Shown piece after piece: positions 1 through 9,378 of a DNA stretch of 64,000 nucleotides (its first letter is position 1; each line of letters opens with the position of its first letter). The DNA lies in assembly GCA_038046385.1 (NCBI GenBank), contig JBBSWH010000005.1, positions 1-64,000 of the forward strand, written 5' to 3'. The DNA comes from Nanobdellota archaeon (GTDB lineage Archaea > Nanobdellota > Nanobdellia > Woesearchaeales > GW2011-AR4). The notes under the pieces were generated by a model, which saw nothing but the letters and a program-made list of their open reading frames with translations, was not told where the DNA came from and searched no databases. The position numbers were made by a program, and so were the translations under genes.

Positions 1-217
1 TGACAGAAGAGGCATCTGTCCTGCTTGTTATTGTGTCTGAATACAATGTGTTATGTGATGGCTGGGACGAAGTCCAGCCGTCTGCGTAAACAACTGGAAG
101 TATACTCAAAGAAAATGCAATCACAAAAAGCCTGATTCCCGATTTATTTAATATAAGTTTAATTATTGAAATGCTATTTTTCTGAAAAGTATCTGTACTC
201 TTTTTTTTGCCTTCCAA
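1..217 (-). CDS. N-terminal part of a probable secreted protein (runs off window start)
   Basis: Manually read open frame from TTG at 217 with GAGGAG upstream: MEGKKKSTDTFQKNSISIIKLILNKSGIRLFVIAFSLSILPVVYA-DGWTSS..., a signal-peptide-like segment. Downstream of the secretion ATPase. Confidence 0.55.
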   Translation of the reverse strand, partial: MEGKKKSTDTFQKNSISIIKLILNKSGIRLFVIAFSLSILPVVYADGWTSSQPSHNTLYSDTITSRTDASSV

Positions 218-250
218 TCTATCTCCTCTTTTTTATTGATAATATGATTA

Positions 251-2554
251 TTAAAGCGACTTGTGAAAATCCATTTTCTTGACATGGCGTTTCAGCCAGT
301 CATTCCATTCAAAAAATATTTTTTTTGAATCCAAATTTCCTGTTTCTTCCTTTATTTTTTCTGATATCTTGTGGAACTGGTCGTTGCTCTGTATGACAAA
401 CTCTGCTTCTATCAGGCTTGGATCGTTTATTTTATTTGAATATTCAAGAAGCGTTTCCTTAATTTTTGCGCGCAGCAGTATGTTGTCCCAGACAGCATCC
501 CAGTTTCCCGCCCACTCTTTTACATTGCCTGCAATTGCCTTAAGGATTTCAGAATCTCCATTAAGAAGTTCGTCTGTAGGCAGCAATTCATCTTTTTTAG
601 AGTCATATTTCATCAGGTCAACAAAACCTTTTTCCAGAATAGGATCATTTTCCCACTGCTTCCTGACTTCGGTTATTTGCGTTATTCTTCTCCATCTGTG
701 AAGCCCGTCTGCGCTTTTTACCGGATTTGTGACAACAATAATGTCTGTTGCCTTGAAACTCGTTTTAGGAACCTGCAGGTCATTGACAACTCTGTCATAA
801 ACACCATAAGGAGAGTCACCGTGTATTGTTCCTGCAACTACATTTGCCAATGCGCCAACTCTCATCGCTTCATACAATGCAAGCGCTTCCTTGCTTCTTA
901 TTTCTCCGATTATCAAAGCAGAATCTCCCATTCTCAATGTTGTTCTTATTCCTTCATCTGCAGGCACTTCAGAAGATCCTTTTGATAATGCAGCTGCAAC
1001 TTTCATCGGCTGGATGTTGTAGCCCAATTTTCTAAGTGAACTTGTCGGAAGTTCAAGAGTATCCTCTATTGTAATAACCCTGTATTTTCTCATTAATTCT
1101 ACAAGAAATGACCCAAGAAGGCTTGTTTTTCCTGCGCTTCTTGTTCCTGCAACAAGCAATGATCTTGAACCATCTATAAGGAAACTGATCAACCCAGCCC
1201 CCAATGGACTTATCATCTTGTTTTTCATAAACAAAGGAAGTGTCCATGGCTTGTCCCTGTGTCTTCTAAATGAATATGCAAGACCATCAGGATTCAATGG
1301 GGGTGCAACAACTGCTATTCTTGCATTTGCTCCAGGCAAAAATAATTCTGTATCTAGTATTGGATTTGCTTCGTCAAGCGGCCTTCCTGAAATCAGCCTT
1401 AATTTTGAAGCCCATGATTCGGATTCTGGCGCTGTAGGGATTATGTTTGTTTTGCAGTCTGCGTAATCCTGATGGACTATAAATATCGGGGTTTCTCCCA
1501 TTGGAGAATTTATGGATATATCCTGTATCTTTTCGTCCTGCAGAAGCACTTCTATTAATCCAAAGCCCACAGTGTACCTTACAAGAATTTTTGTCATCTC
1601 ATCCACTTCATCTGAAGAAAGCTTGATGTTCCTGTAGCTCACAAGCTCTTCTATCAAATCCAAGCCAATATTATAAAACACCTGGCGCATTCTTTCAGGG
1701 TCGATGAACTCCTGCCTTGTAGGCTTGTGCTCTGCCATTATTTTTCTTGCAGTGTCCAGAATTTCATATTTCTCCTCGCTTAATTTGAATTCCGGAGGAT
1801 CCAGATGGTAAAGATATTGGACATTGTCCTGCAATTCAAATATTGTGACTTCTGTGTTCTTGCCAATTTCGTAATTATCTACTTCCTCTGCGTCGGCAGG
1901 GAAAGTCGACATCAATTTTGTGAAAATAAAATCCGGCCTTATGTCCGGGGTTAAGATGCGCCTGTAAACAGAACGGTCTCCGATTCTGTAGCCTGAAAGG
2001 TACTTTCTGGAATTTTCAATAATCTTTGTCTTGTCCAAAAGCGCCGAAAGGTACTGGAGTATTGCAAGATATTTTTGCGCTGACCTTACATAATCGTCGT
2101 CAAGCGACCTTTCAATTTTTATTCTCTCTTCCCTCGATACCCTTCTAAGCTCAACATAGGCGCCTATAGGATCGCGCTTCAATAAATCTGCAGTGATGTT
2201 CTGTATTGTAGAATACCACTGCGGAGACCATCTAGAATATCTCGGATCGTTCATCAGCGTCGTATATCCAAGAATATCTTTTCTTTTTGTCAGCTGGGAA
2301 TATATTCTTGCTATCTCCTGTATCATTGACGTCTGAGAATAGTCATATTCGTAGTTTCTTTTCTGCATGTAAATTATTTTTGTCACAATGCCGGCTTCTG
2401 AAAGAATGTCCACTGTTCTTGACATGCATACAGGATCATCTTCAAGAGAGGGGATATGCTGATACTGCTCCATATCTACCGATAGTATTGTTTCTTCCCC
2501 TTCCTTTATGACTTCATAAGTAAAGGGTTTTTTGGACTCTCCGAACAGAACCAT
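251..2554 (-). CDS. Type II/IV secretion / type IV pilus-like assembly ATPase (VirB11/TadA/FlaI family) with long N-terminal extension
   Basis: Walker A GTRSAGKTS, Asp box TIEDTLEL, Walker B LRMGDSALIIGEIR, His box GTIHG. Confidence 0.9.
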   Translation of the reverse strand: MVLFGESKKPFTYEVIKEGEETILSVDMEQYQHIPSLEDDPVCMSRTVDILSEAGIVTKIIYMQKRNYEYDYSQTSMIQEIARIYSQLTKRKDILGYTTLMNDPRYSRWSPQWYSTIQNITADLLKRDPIGAYVELRRVSREERIKIERSLDDDYVRSAQKYLAILQYLSALLDKTKIIENSRKYLSGYRIGDRSVYRRILTPDIRPDFIFTKLMSTFPADAEEVDNYEIGKNTEVTIFELQDNVQYLYHLDPPEFKLSEEKYEILDTARKIMAEHKPTRQEFIDPERMRQVFYNIGLDLIEELVSYRNIKLSSDEVDEMTKILVRYTVGFGLIEVLLQDEKIQDISINSPMGETPIFIVHQDYADCKTNIIPTAPESESWASKLRLISGRPLDEANPILDTELFLPGANARIAVVAPPLNPDGLAYSFRRHRDKPWTLPLFMKNKMISPLGAGLISFLIDGSRSLLVAGTRSAGKTSLLGSFLVELMRKYRVITIEDTLELPTSSLRKLGYNIQPMKVAAALSKGSSEVPADEGIRTTLRMGDSALIIGEIRSKEALALYEAMRVGALANVVAGTIHGDSPYGVYDRVVNDLQVPKTSFKATDIIVVTNPVKSADGLHRWRRITQITEVRKQWENDPILEKGFVDLMKYDSKKDELLPTDELLNGDSEILKAIAGNVKEWAGNWDAVWDNILLRAKIKETLLEYSNKINDPSLIEAEFVIQSNDQFHKISEKIKEETGNLDSKKIFFEWNDWLKRHVKKMDFHKSL

Positions 2555-2697
2555 TATTTTTTGCCCCCTTTCTTCAGATTATGCAGCGCAATTTCTATGA
2601 GATGTGACTTATTCCTGTATTTTTCACGATTAAGAACTTCCTTGCCTATCCATTCAATCAATTCTTCATCGATTGTCGCGCTTATTGGCTTTTTCAT
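2554..2697 (-). CDS. Small ribbon-helix-helix (CopG/MetJ-like) protein, 47 aa
   Basis: Manual translation MKKPISATIDEELIEWIGKEVLNREKYRNKSHLIEIALHNLKKGGKK fits the RHH beta-strand plus NxSxxI pattern. Stop overlaps ATPase start (TAATG). Confidence 0.75.
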   Translation of the reverse strand: MKKPISATIDEELIEWIGKEVLNREKYRNKSHLIEIALHNLKKGGKK

Positions 2698-2786
2698 AAA
2701 TCAATTATATTATAAAATGTATTTTATATGATTTTATGTAGTTTATATTAGATTATAATATATTGCCTATTTAAAGATTGCGGTTG

Positions 2787-3002
2787 GGCGTTATTGAAAA
2801 GTCCTCAGCTTTGAGCTTCGGGTTGCCATCGCTCAGCTTGAACCTTATTGTTGGATTGCATTTTTCTCTCTGGAATGTCAAAAATCAATGATTTTTGAGC
2901 ATACGCAAATCCTAGGGATTTGCTTTACCCCGAAAAATGCCCAATTCACTATTTTGATAAGCTTCGCATGTTGATGGCAACCTTCAACTTTTCAATAACG
3001 CC
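2787..3002. mobile_element. MITE-like palindromic element, 216 bp
   Basis: Perfect 16-bp terminal inverted repeats GGCGTTATTGAAAAGT/ACTTTTCAATAACGCC. Nested internal IRs GGTTGCCATC/GATGGCAACC and GCATTTTTC/GAAAAATGC, plus two triloop hairpins. Non-coding, between divergent genes. Confidence 0.7.
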
Positions 3003-3043
3003 TGAGGTTGGAAAGTTTTATATAAGCGCTTTAGTTATCATAA

Positions 3044-3832
3044 ATGATGAAACTTAAATGGAGCTTTAAGAATCTTGAATTCTTTGAAAGCTTAAGGATT
3101 GCAAAAGCGAATATTGGAAAATCCGGCTTGATGCTGCTTTTTGATGTTTCTTTCTTTGCTTCATTCTATTATATCATACCGCTGCTGTTCGAGTACATTG
3201 CCTCAAAAATAACCCCTTCACAGACGCAAACATTCTTGTTTTTGGTGCTGCTTATGTCAGTTGGATATTTACTTCTGATGACACTTGTCTATTCTTTTTT
3301 CAAATATTCCCTGCTTGAGATAGTAAAGTCGCTGTTTCAGAAGAAATCTTTTTCATTTGCGAGATTATGGAATTTTTGCCTGATGAACATAATTATAATA
3401 CTGCCTACATTCCTAATTTTCAACGCAGTATTGGGCGGAGTAAAAGAAGCTTACAGGCCCTATGCATTTGTTTTGCTAGGAATTCCTGTTTCATTGCTTC
3501 TTTACGCAGCCATAAACATTTCCCATTCTTTGTTTTATGAGGGGGCTTCATTGAAGAAATCACTGAAAGCCGGGTTTAATGTTACATTCAGCAAAATACA
3601 TATTTACAAAGAACAGATCGGCGCATTTGCATTGGCAGGAATTTCACTATGGGCGCTATTTTTAATTTTTGGATTTGCTTTAAGGAGCTTCACATCTCAA
3701 AATTATACTTTGTACCTTAGTGCATATTCTTATCTTACGAATGCAGAGTATATCATCTCATATCTTGTATTTTATTTTGTAATTTTTGTTAACAGAATTT
3801 CATTTTACAGAATACTGAGGGAGATGAAATGA
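3044..3832 (+). CDS. Multi-pass membrane protein, unknown function
   Basis: About 6 hydrophobic segments. TATA-like TTTTATATAA ~25 nt upstream. Confidence 0.75.
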   Translation: MMKLKWSFKNLEFFESLRIAKANIGKSGLMLLFDVSFFASFYYIIPLLFEYIASKITPSQTQTFLFLVLLMSVGYLLLMTLVYSFFKYSLLEIVKSLFQKKSFSFARLWNFCLMNIIIILPTFLIFNAVLGGVKEAYRPYAFVLLGIPVSLLLYAAINISHSLFYEGASLKKSLKAGFNVTFSKIHIYKEQIGAFALAGISLWALFLIFGFALRSFTSQNYTLYLSAYSYLTNAEYIISYLVFYFVIFVNRISFYRILREMK

Positions 3833-3833
3833 G

Positions 3834-4625
3834 ATGTTCTACCACAACATAGACCCGGTTTTGCTCGGAATCGGAATTTTTCAGATTAGATACTATGGGC
3901 TTTTTTATGCAGCAGGATTCCTTATGCTATATTATCTTATGCCTTATCTTGCAAAGATTAAAGGGATTAAGTTTACAAAAGATGACGCTGCTGATTTTCT
4001 GGTTTATGCGATAATTGGGGTAGTTGCCGGGGCAAGAGCAGGATATATCCTGTTTTATAATCTGCCATTTTATTTACAGAATCCGCTCGATATACTTGCT
4101 GTCTGGAACGGCGGCCTGAGCTTCCACGGAGGGATTATCGGATTAGCTGTATCCACTTGGATTTTTTGCAGGGAAAAAAAAATAAATTTCTTTGACCTTG
4201 CAGACATAATTGTTGTGCCTGCTGCCCTTGCGCTTGCTCTTGGAAGAATGGGAAATTTCATGAACGCCGAGCTTTTTGGAAGAATAACCGATGTTTCATG
4301 GTGCATTGACTACTCAAAAAATGTTTTTGTGCAGGGATTGCCTGAAGGATGCAGGCACCCGTCTCAGATTTATGCTTCTCTGAAGAACCTCGTTATATTC
4401 GGCGTTTTGTGGCGCATTAAAGACAGAAAACTGCCTTCCGGCTTTATGTTCTGGACTTTTGTTGCTTTATACGGGCTTCTTAGGACATTTATTGAGTTTT
4501 TCAGGCAGCCGGACGAGCAGGTTGGTTTTATTTTCCAATATTTCACAATGGGGCAGCTGCTTAGCTTTCCGCTTTTCCTTATAGGGATTTACATGCTTTA
4601 TAGGTTAAAAAATAAATTCCAATGA
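3834..4625 (+). CDS. lgt: Prolipoprotein diacylglyceryl transferase (canonical type)
   Basis: IRYYG, GARAGY, WNGGLSFHGG, GRMGNFMNAELFG, HPSQIY, RTFIEFFR motifs. Confidence 0.93.
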   Translation: MFYHNIDPVLLGIGIFQIRYYGLFYAAGFLMLYYLMPYLAKIKGIKFTKDDAADFLVYAIIGVVAGARAGYILFYNLPFYLQNPLDILAVWNGGLSFHGGIIGLAVSTWIFCREKKINFFDLADIIVVPAALALALGRMGNFMNAELFGRITDVSWCIDYSKNVFVQGLPEGCRHPSQIYASLKNLVIFGVLWRIKDRKLPSGFMFWTFVALYGLLRTFIEFFRQPDEQVGFIFQYFTMGQLLSFPLFLIGIYMLYRLKNKFQ

Positions 4626-5176
4626 AATTTTTAGGTGGCTTAAAACTAGATGCAGTAAAATATTCTTTAATTATTGTACTGAAAAGCCCCTTGCATATTT
4701 TCATTACTTTATTTGGGGGATTTATTATGATATCCTTTTCGATTTTGATTATGAACGCATCCTTGATTCTAGACGGCATGTCTCCTGCATACACTATATT
4801 TGATAGAATTACTTTGGCTTTCAATCTTCTTGGCGGGCTTTTCACAAATAATTCTTTGCTTGGCGCAATGCTTTTGATAACTGCATCATTGCTTTCAGGC
4901 CTGAATTTAGCATTGCTTTTCATCAAAATAAGGAATATAAAAAATGTCAGCTACAAGGAAAGCGGGTTAAGCTCCAGCGGCACGATTGCAAGCATAATGG
5001 CTTCTGGCTGCACATCCTGCGGAATAAGCATTTTATCAATTATTGGATTTGCAGGCATTCTGGCATTTTTGCCTTTCAATGGCTTGGAACTCGGATTCGC
5101 AGGAATTTTGCTGCTGCTGTTCTCTATTTATTGGAATTCAAAGAAATTTAAAAACTACAAAACCTGTAATGTTTAA
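4622..5176 (+). CDS. Membrane protein with CxxC (GCTSCG); paralog of 16193-16639
   Basis: About 4 TM segments, SGCTSCG, LPFNGLE (compare LPLKGIE in the paralog). Overlaps lgt stop. Confidence 0.75.
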   Translation: MKFLGGLKLDAVKYSLIIVLKSPLHIFITLFGGFIMISFSILIMNASLILDGMSPAYTIFDRITLAFNLLGGLFTNNSLLGAMLLITASLLSGLNLALLFIKIRNIKNVSYKESGLSSSGTIASIMASGCTSCGISILSIIGFAGILAFLPFNGLELGFAGILLLLFSIYWNSKKFKNYKTCNV

Positions 5177-5180
5177 AGAT

Positions 5181-5957
5181 ATGGCCAAAAACAAAAAAAG
5201 AGCTGCTAGTGGATGGAGAAAATTAAAAATAAACGCATTTGCGATAACACTTTTTGTGATTATTATTTTGTCACTCTATATTTATTTTCTGAATGGACCA
5301 TATATAAAAATGAATGGTAACTCTACAACAGAAAATCTGGAGCTTAAATCCAAGACAGACAGAAATGAAAATGCATTAATTGATGATGATGCCATCATGG
5401 GAAATGCTGATGCCCCTATAGCCATTATTGAGTTTGGCGACTTCATGTGCAAATTTTGCGGAGAATTGCACCGAGAAATTGAGCCAATCTGGAGGAAAGA
5501 ATATATAGAGACAGGAAAGGCCAAGTATGTATTCAGAGATTTCGTATCAAGCGACCATCCTCAGGCATACCCGGCTGCCGAGGCAAGCGAATGCGCAAAT
5601 TTGCAGGGAAAGAAATGGCAGATGTATGACTTATTGTTTGACAATGCATATACTGGCGACAGCTGGGCAGGGATTAAAGACAGGGAAGCTCTTCTTAATA
5701 TCTTCAAAAAATATGGAGAAAAAATAGGGCTGAACATGGAGCAATTCAGCCCATGCTTGTCAAATAATTTCTTTGCCAATGAGATTAATAATGACATATT
5801 TGCCGGAGTAAGCACTGGAGTTTCAGGCACTCCGACCATTTTTATAGGCAATGACCAAACAGGATTTGCCAAAATTTTAGGATCTCAGCCTTATTCCGTC
5901 TACAAGCAGATTATAGATGAAAAATTAAACTGGAATTTGAGCAAAAGCAAAAAGTAA
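5181..5957 (+). CDS. Membrane-anchored DsbA-family thiol-disulfide oxidoreductase
   Basis: EFGDFMCKFC active site, GVSGTPT cis-Pro loop, N-terminal TM. Start moved to the ATG after the upstream stop. Confidence 0.88.
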   Translation: MAKNKKRAASGWRKLKINAFAITLFVIIILSLYIYFLNGPYIKMNGNSTTENLELKSKTDRNENALIDDDAIMGNADAPIAIIEFGDFMCKFCGELHREIEPIWRKEYIETGKAKYVFRDFVSSDHPQAYPAAEASECANLQGKKWQMYDLLFDNAYTGDSWAGIKDREALLNIFKKYGEKIGLNMEQFSPCLSNNFFANEINNDIFAGVSTGVSGTPTIFIGNDQTGFAKILGSQPYSVYKQIIDEKLNWNLSKSKK

Positions 5958-6042
5958 GATAGTTTAGGGTTAAAATGCATTCAAAACTGCCAAGAAAGTT
6001 TCCGAATACAGATTAAGAATATTCTTTCTTGTTGCTAAATGA

Positions 6043-6321
6043 TTATTCGTTTAATCCAAAAGAGCTGGTAAATTCTGCAATCATCTGGTATTTGCTAAGG
6101 TAATCAAATCCTTTCTGAGTCAGAGAGTATGTTTTGCTTTTATTGATTTTATTTTCAACTATAAACTCTTTTTGTATCAGTTCATTCATATATTCTAATA
6201 ACATCTTGTTAGAAAGATTTGACTTGTAAAGAATATTAGTCGGCTTTATTTTTCCGTTCTTCTCTTTAATAACACTTAGGATGTCGAAGATTATCTGCAG
6301 CCTTTCTCTTTTTTTGCTCAT
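6043..6321 (-). CDS. Archaeal winged-helix transcriptional regulator (COG3432-like)
   Basis: RERLQIIFDIL...KPTNILYKSNLS...YSLTQKG pattern. Confidence 0.85.
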   Translation of the reverse strand: MSKKRERLQIIFDILSVIKEKNGKIKPTNILYKSNLSNKMLLEYMNELIQKEFIVENKINKSKTYSLTQKGFDYLSKYQMIAEFTSSFGLNE

Positions 6322-6986
6322 TGTCTTCTTGTTACGGCAATTAAGTTTATCAATATCAACGAGTAAGCAACAAGCTCAAGAATGTGACCAGCTACATAAA
6401 ATGCCCCATGATCTATCGAAAATATAAAGTGAATTTTTCCAAAAAGCAAAAACAAAAATGCAATAAAAACTACGAGAGAATTGGTTTTCCGGTTCTTAAG
6501 GTAATTTCTTAGGTAGTAAAATGATATATAAATCAATAGCATTGACGAGATTACATAAAAAAAGTACAGCTTATTGGAGCTTAAAAGCAAAACCAGCATA
6601 ACTGCAGTTAACATCACTCCATACATTTTTGCATCTTTTCTCCTTAGCGTCATATAAACAATTGTAACAAGCCCGGCAAGAAATAAAATCATATGCGCAT
6701 AAACGCCAAGGATATTGAAGCCACGCGCCGCTGCCATTGTCTGCATGCTGCACCCGTCTGACATAGAATAGCTTGCAGCGAAGTTCAAAAATGACTGGAT
6801 GAAATAAGATGATGAAACCATCAAAAAAGAAAATCCAAACAATTTTGATTGCTTCTGGCCTGATAAGTTATAAATGTGGATAGCATAGGCCCCTACAAGA
6901 AGAGTTACTACAAAGAATATCATTTCAAGAAAAGAATTGTAGCCATAAAACCAGTAAGGCACTATAGGATAGTTCATCATAACCAA
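6318..6986 (-). CDS. 7-TM membrane protein, candidate sensor
   Basis: About 7 hydrophobic helices with intramembrane His. Overlaps the wHTH start (ATGA). Confidence 0.75.
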   Translation of the reverse strand: MVMMNYPIVPYWFYGYNSFLEMIFFVVTLLVGAYAIHIYNLSGQKQSKLFGFSFLMVSSSYFIQSFLNFAASYSMSDGCSMQTMAAARGFNILGVYAHMILFLAGLVTIVYMTLRRKDAKMYGVMLTAVMLVLLLSSNKLYFFYVISSMLLIYISFYYLRNYLKNRKTNSLVVFIAFLFLLFGKIHFIFSIDHGAFYVAGHILELVAYSLILINLIAVTRRQ

Positions 6987-7152
6987 ATTTCATTGTTGCC
7001 CTTTTTAAGCTTTACGAAGGACAACTCCTTATTTTTCCTTAATAACGCATTAATAAACGTCCCTATATATTTCAACTGCATGATACTGAAAGCACACTGC
7101 ATAATAACGCACATGAAAACAAAAGCACAGCAAAAATCAGGAGGACAATAAG

Positions 7153-7428
7153 ATGAACAATGAATCGTATGGATGGGCACTTGTCATAATTATACTGCTC
7201 CTTGTGTCGGGCGGCATGATGATGGGCCGCGGCTATATGGGAATTGGAATGGGCTTTGGATTTGTGCTTATGGCACTTTTTTGGCTGGCTGTTATCTGGC
7301 TGATTTTTGGGCTTGCATCCAGCAAATCTGACAAAAAAAAGCCCATAGAAATACTAGAGGAAAGGTATGTTAAAGGAGAAATCCAAAAAAAGCAGTTTGA
7401 GCAGATGAAAAAGAAAATTCAAAGGTAA
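7153..7428 (+). CDS. SHOCT-domain membrane protein with Met/Gly-rich loop
   Basis: GGMMMGRGYMG, C-terminal EILEERYVKGEIQKKQFEQMK, GGAGG SD. Confidence 0.85.
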   Translation: MNNESYGWALVIIILLLVSGGMMMGRGYMGIGMGFGFVLMALFWLAVIWLIFGLASSKSDKKKPIEILEERYVKGEIQKKQFEQMKKKIQR

Positions 7429-7432
7429 AACG

Positions 7433-7642
7433 ATGAATCACCCGCCAAAAACGAAAGATGGATTTTTTCATAATCTAAAACATAGCCATTTTTTCATGAT
7501 TCTGTTGTGCATCGTCCCAGTAATAATGCTACTTGCTAGAAGCTCCTATCTTGGATGGAGGAGCAGCAATCTGCTCGTATTTGCATTATTTTTTGCATGC
7601 ATGCTAAGCCACACGCTCATGATGAAAAATCATAATCACTAG
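7433..7642 (+). CDS. Small His/Cys/Met membrane protein (DUF2933-like)
   Basis: HFFMILLCIVP and ACMLSHTLMMKNHNH, typical of copper islands. Confidence 0.65.
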   Translation: MNHPPKTKDGFFHNLKHSHFFMILLCIVPVIMLLARSSYLGWRSSNLLVFALFFACMLSHTLMMKNHNH

Positions 7643-7673
7643 GATAAATGTAAAAATGGCCGGAGGTGAAAAT

Positions 7674-7706
7674 ATGGGAAAAGGAAAAACAAAAGGGTGC
7701 TGTTAG
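7674..7706 (+). CDS. Micropeptide MGKGKTKGCC (10 aa)
   Basis: GGAGGTGA SD at 7662-7669. Homologous micro-ORF at 61247-61276. An in-frame ATG at 7656 would give 16 aa. Confidence 0.65.
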   Translation: MGKGKTKGCC

Positions 7707-7833
7707 AATATATCGGTTTTTATTTTTTGAAGATATTTGGATAGGTTAAGATAAAAAATTTGCACTTATGCCACTACGGCTGCTTGCAGATTAACGCTGC
7801 AGCAAAAACAGTCAAGATACTAAAGGTATTAAA

Positions 7834-8508
7834 ATGGAAGAAGACACGTTTCGGATAAAAAAATCATATGCTTATGCAACGCTTGGGGTATTGCTGGCAT
7901 TCGGATTTTTTATGTATTCGCTTGTGCTTAACAATAATAACATTTCTGCAACGCAAGGAACAAGGATGATGAATGGCGATGCTAACACTGATTCGATGGC
8001 TGATCATCATAAGCCTGTTCAGGGAAAATCAAGCGGTTTTTTTGAGAGTGCAGTAGGAAAGCAGGCTCCTGAATTTGAACTGCAGGGCATTGAAGGAGCT
8101 GCTGTCAAATTAAGCGATTATAAAGGAAAAAATGTGATTTTGTTTTTCAGCGAAGGCAGCATGTGCTATCCTTCGTGCTGGAATCAGATTGCAGCGCTTT
8201 CAAAGGATGAAAGATTAAATTCAGATGGCACAGTTGCACTGTCAATTGTTGTTGATTCGCCGGCGCAATGGCAAAAAATAATGCAGAAAGCGCCTCAAAT
8301 GGCAGAATCAAATATTCTTTTTGACACGGCCAAAAAAGCCTCATCGGATTATGATGTTATTTTCCTTGCATCTTCGATGCACAAGGGCTCTTATCCCGGG
8401 CACACTTATTTCATAATTGACGGGGAAGGAATAATACGATACACAAAAGATGATCCGTCAATGGCAATAAGAAATGATGAGCTTGCTGCAGAATTGGCAA
8501 AACTTTGA
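7834..8508 (+). CDS. Membrane-anchored AhpC/TSA (redoxin) family protein
   Basis: APEFEL...LSDYKGKNVILFF, atypical CYPSC, SMADHH metal-binding-like linker. Confidence 0.8.
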   Translation: MEEDTFRIKKSYAYATLGVLLAFGFFMYSLVLNNNNISATQGTRMMNGDANTDSMADHHKPVQGKSSGFFESAVGKQAPEFELQGIEGAAVKLSDYKGKNVILFFSEGSMCYPSCWNQIAALSKDERLNSDGTVALSIVVDSPAQWQKIMQKAPQMAESNILFDTAKKASSDYDVIFLASSMHKGSYPGHTYFIIDGEGIIRYTKDDPSMAIRNDELAAELAKL

Positions 8509-8517
8509 GGCTAATAA

Positions 8518-9378
8518 ATGGAACCGACATTCATAATAGCATCTTTTATCACAGCATTTGTTGCAGGAATAGCAGCATTGCTGGCTCCATGCTGCATAAC
8601 TGTCCTGTTGCCAACTTACCTTAGCTCAATTTTCAGGCAGAAAAGAACCGTTGTTGCAATGACACTTGTTTTCTTTTTGGGACTGCTTGCCGTGTTTCTT
8701 CCGCTTGGGCTTGGATTTGCAAGCATCGGGACTTTGTTCAGCAAGAGCCATGACTGGCTTTTCATAGTTGGAGGAATTTTCCTATTAATGCTTGGAGCAT
8801 CCATATTGCTGGGATTGCATTTTTCTTTATCATTTACAAAGCATCCGAAAACAAAAATAACAGGCGCGGTGTCTGTTTTCATTCTTGGAATATTTTCTGC
8901 TTTTGCAACGCTTTGCTGCGCCCCGGTTCTTGCAGGGGTCATGGCATTGTCTATACTGCCAGGCTCAATTTTCTGGGGAGGTATGTACGCTCTTGCCTAT
9001 GTTATCGGAATGATTACACCTTTGCTGCTGATAGCAGCATTCCTTGACAAATTTGATTTTACAAAGAAATTTGAGAAGCTAAGCCAAGGCGTGAATTACA
9101 GGATTGCCGGAAGAGAAGTCACAATAACAATTGCTGAAATGATTTCAGGAACGATGTTTTTATTGCTTGGAATCTTCATAATCTATCTTGCGCAGGCCGG
9201 CAAGCTTGCAATGGAAAACAGCGCTATGCAGACTTCCATAAATATTTTCATGAGCAATTTGACAGCATCTATTAACAAATTCATTGCAGGAATGCCAACT
9301 ATAGCCTGGATAGCCATTGCTGCCTTGCCGATTGCTGTGTTTTTGCTAAGAAAATTGAAAAGGAAAACTTCAAAATGA
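8518..9378 (+). CDS. CcdA/DsbD-type transmembrane electron transporter
   Basis: AFVAGIAALLAPCC and LCCAPVLAG motifs, multiple TM segments. Confidence 0.85.
   Translation: MEPTFIIASFITAFVAGIAALLAPCCITVLLPTYLSSIFRQKRTVVAMTLVFFLGLLAVFLPLGLGFASIGTLFSKSHDWLFIVGGIFLLMLGASILLGLHFSLSFTKHPKTKITGAVSVFILGIFSAFATLCCAPVLAGVMALSILPGSIFWGGMYALAYVIGMITPLLLIAAFLDKFDFTKKFEKLSQGVNYRIAGREVTITIAEMISGTMFLLLGIFIIYLAQAGKLAMENSAMQTSINIFMSNLTASINKFIAGMPTIAWIAIAALPIAVFLLRKLKRKTSK

Noticed and set aside
7640-7669. TAG readthrough (pyrrolysine or recoding) of the DUF2933-like gene
   Set aside because: It adds only 8 residues before TGA. Other genes end normally in TAG, and no pyl genes are present.
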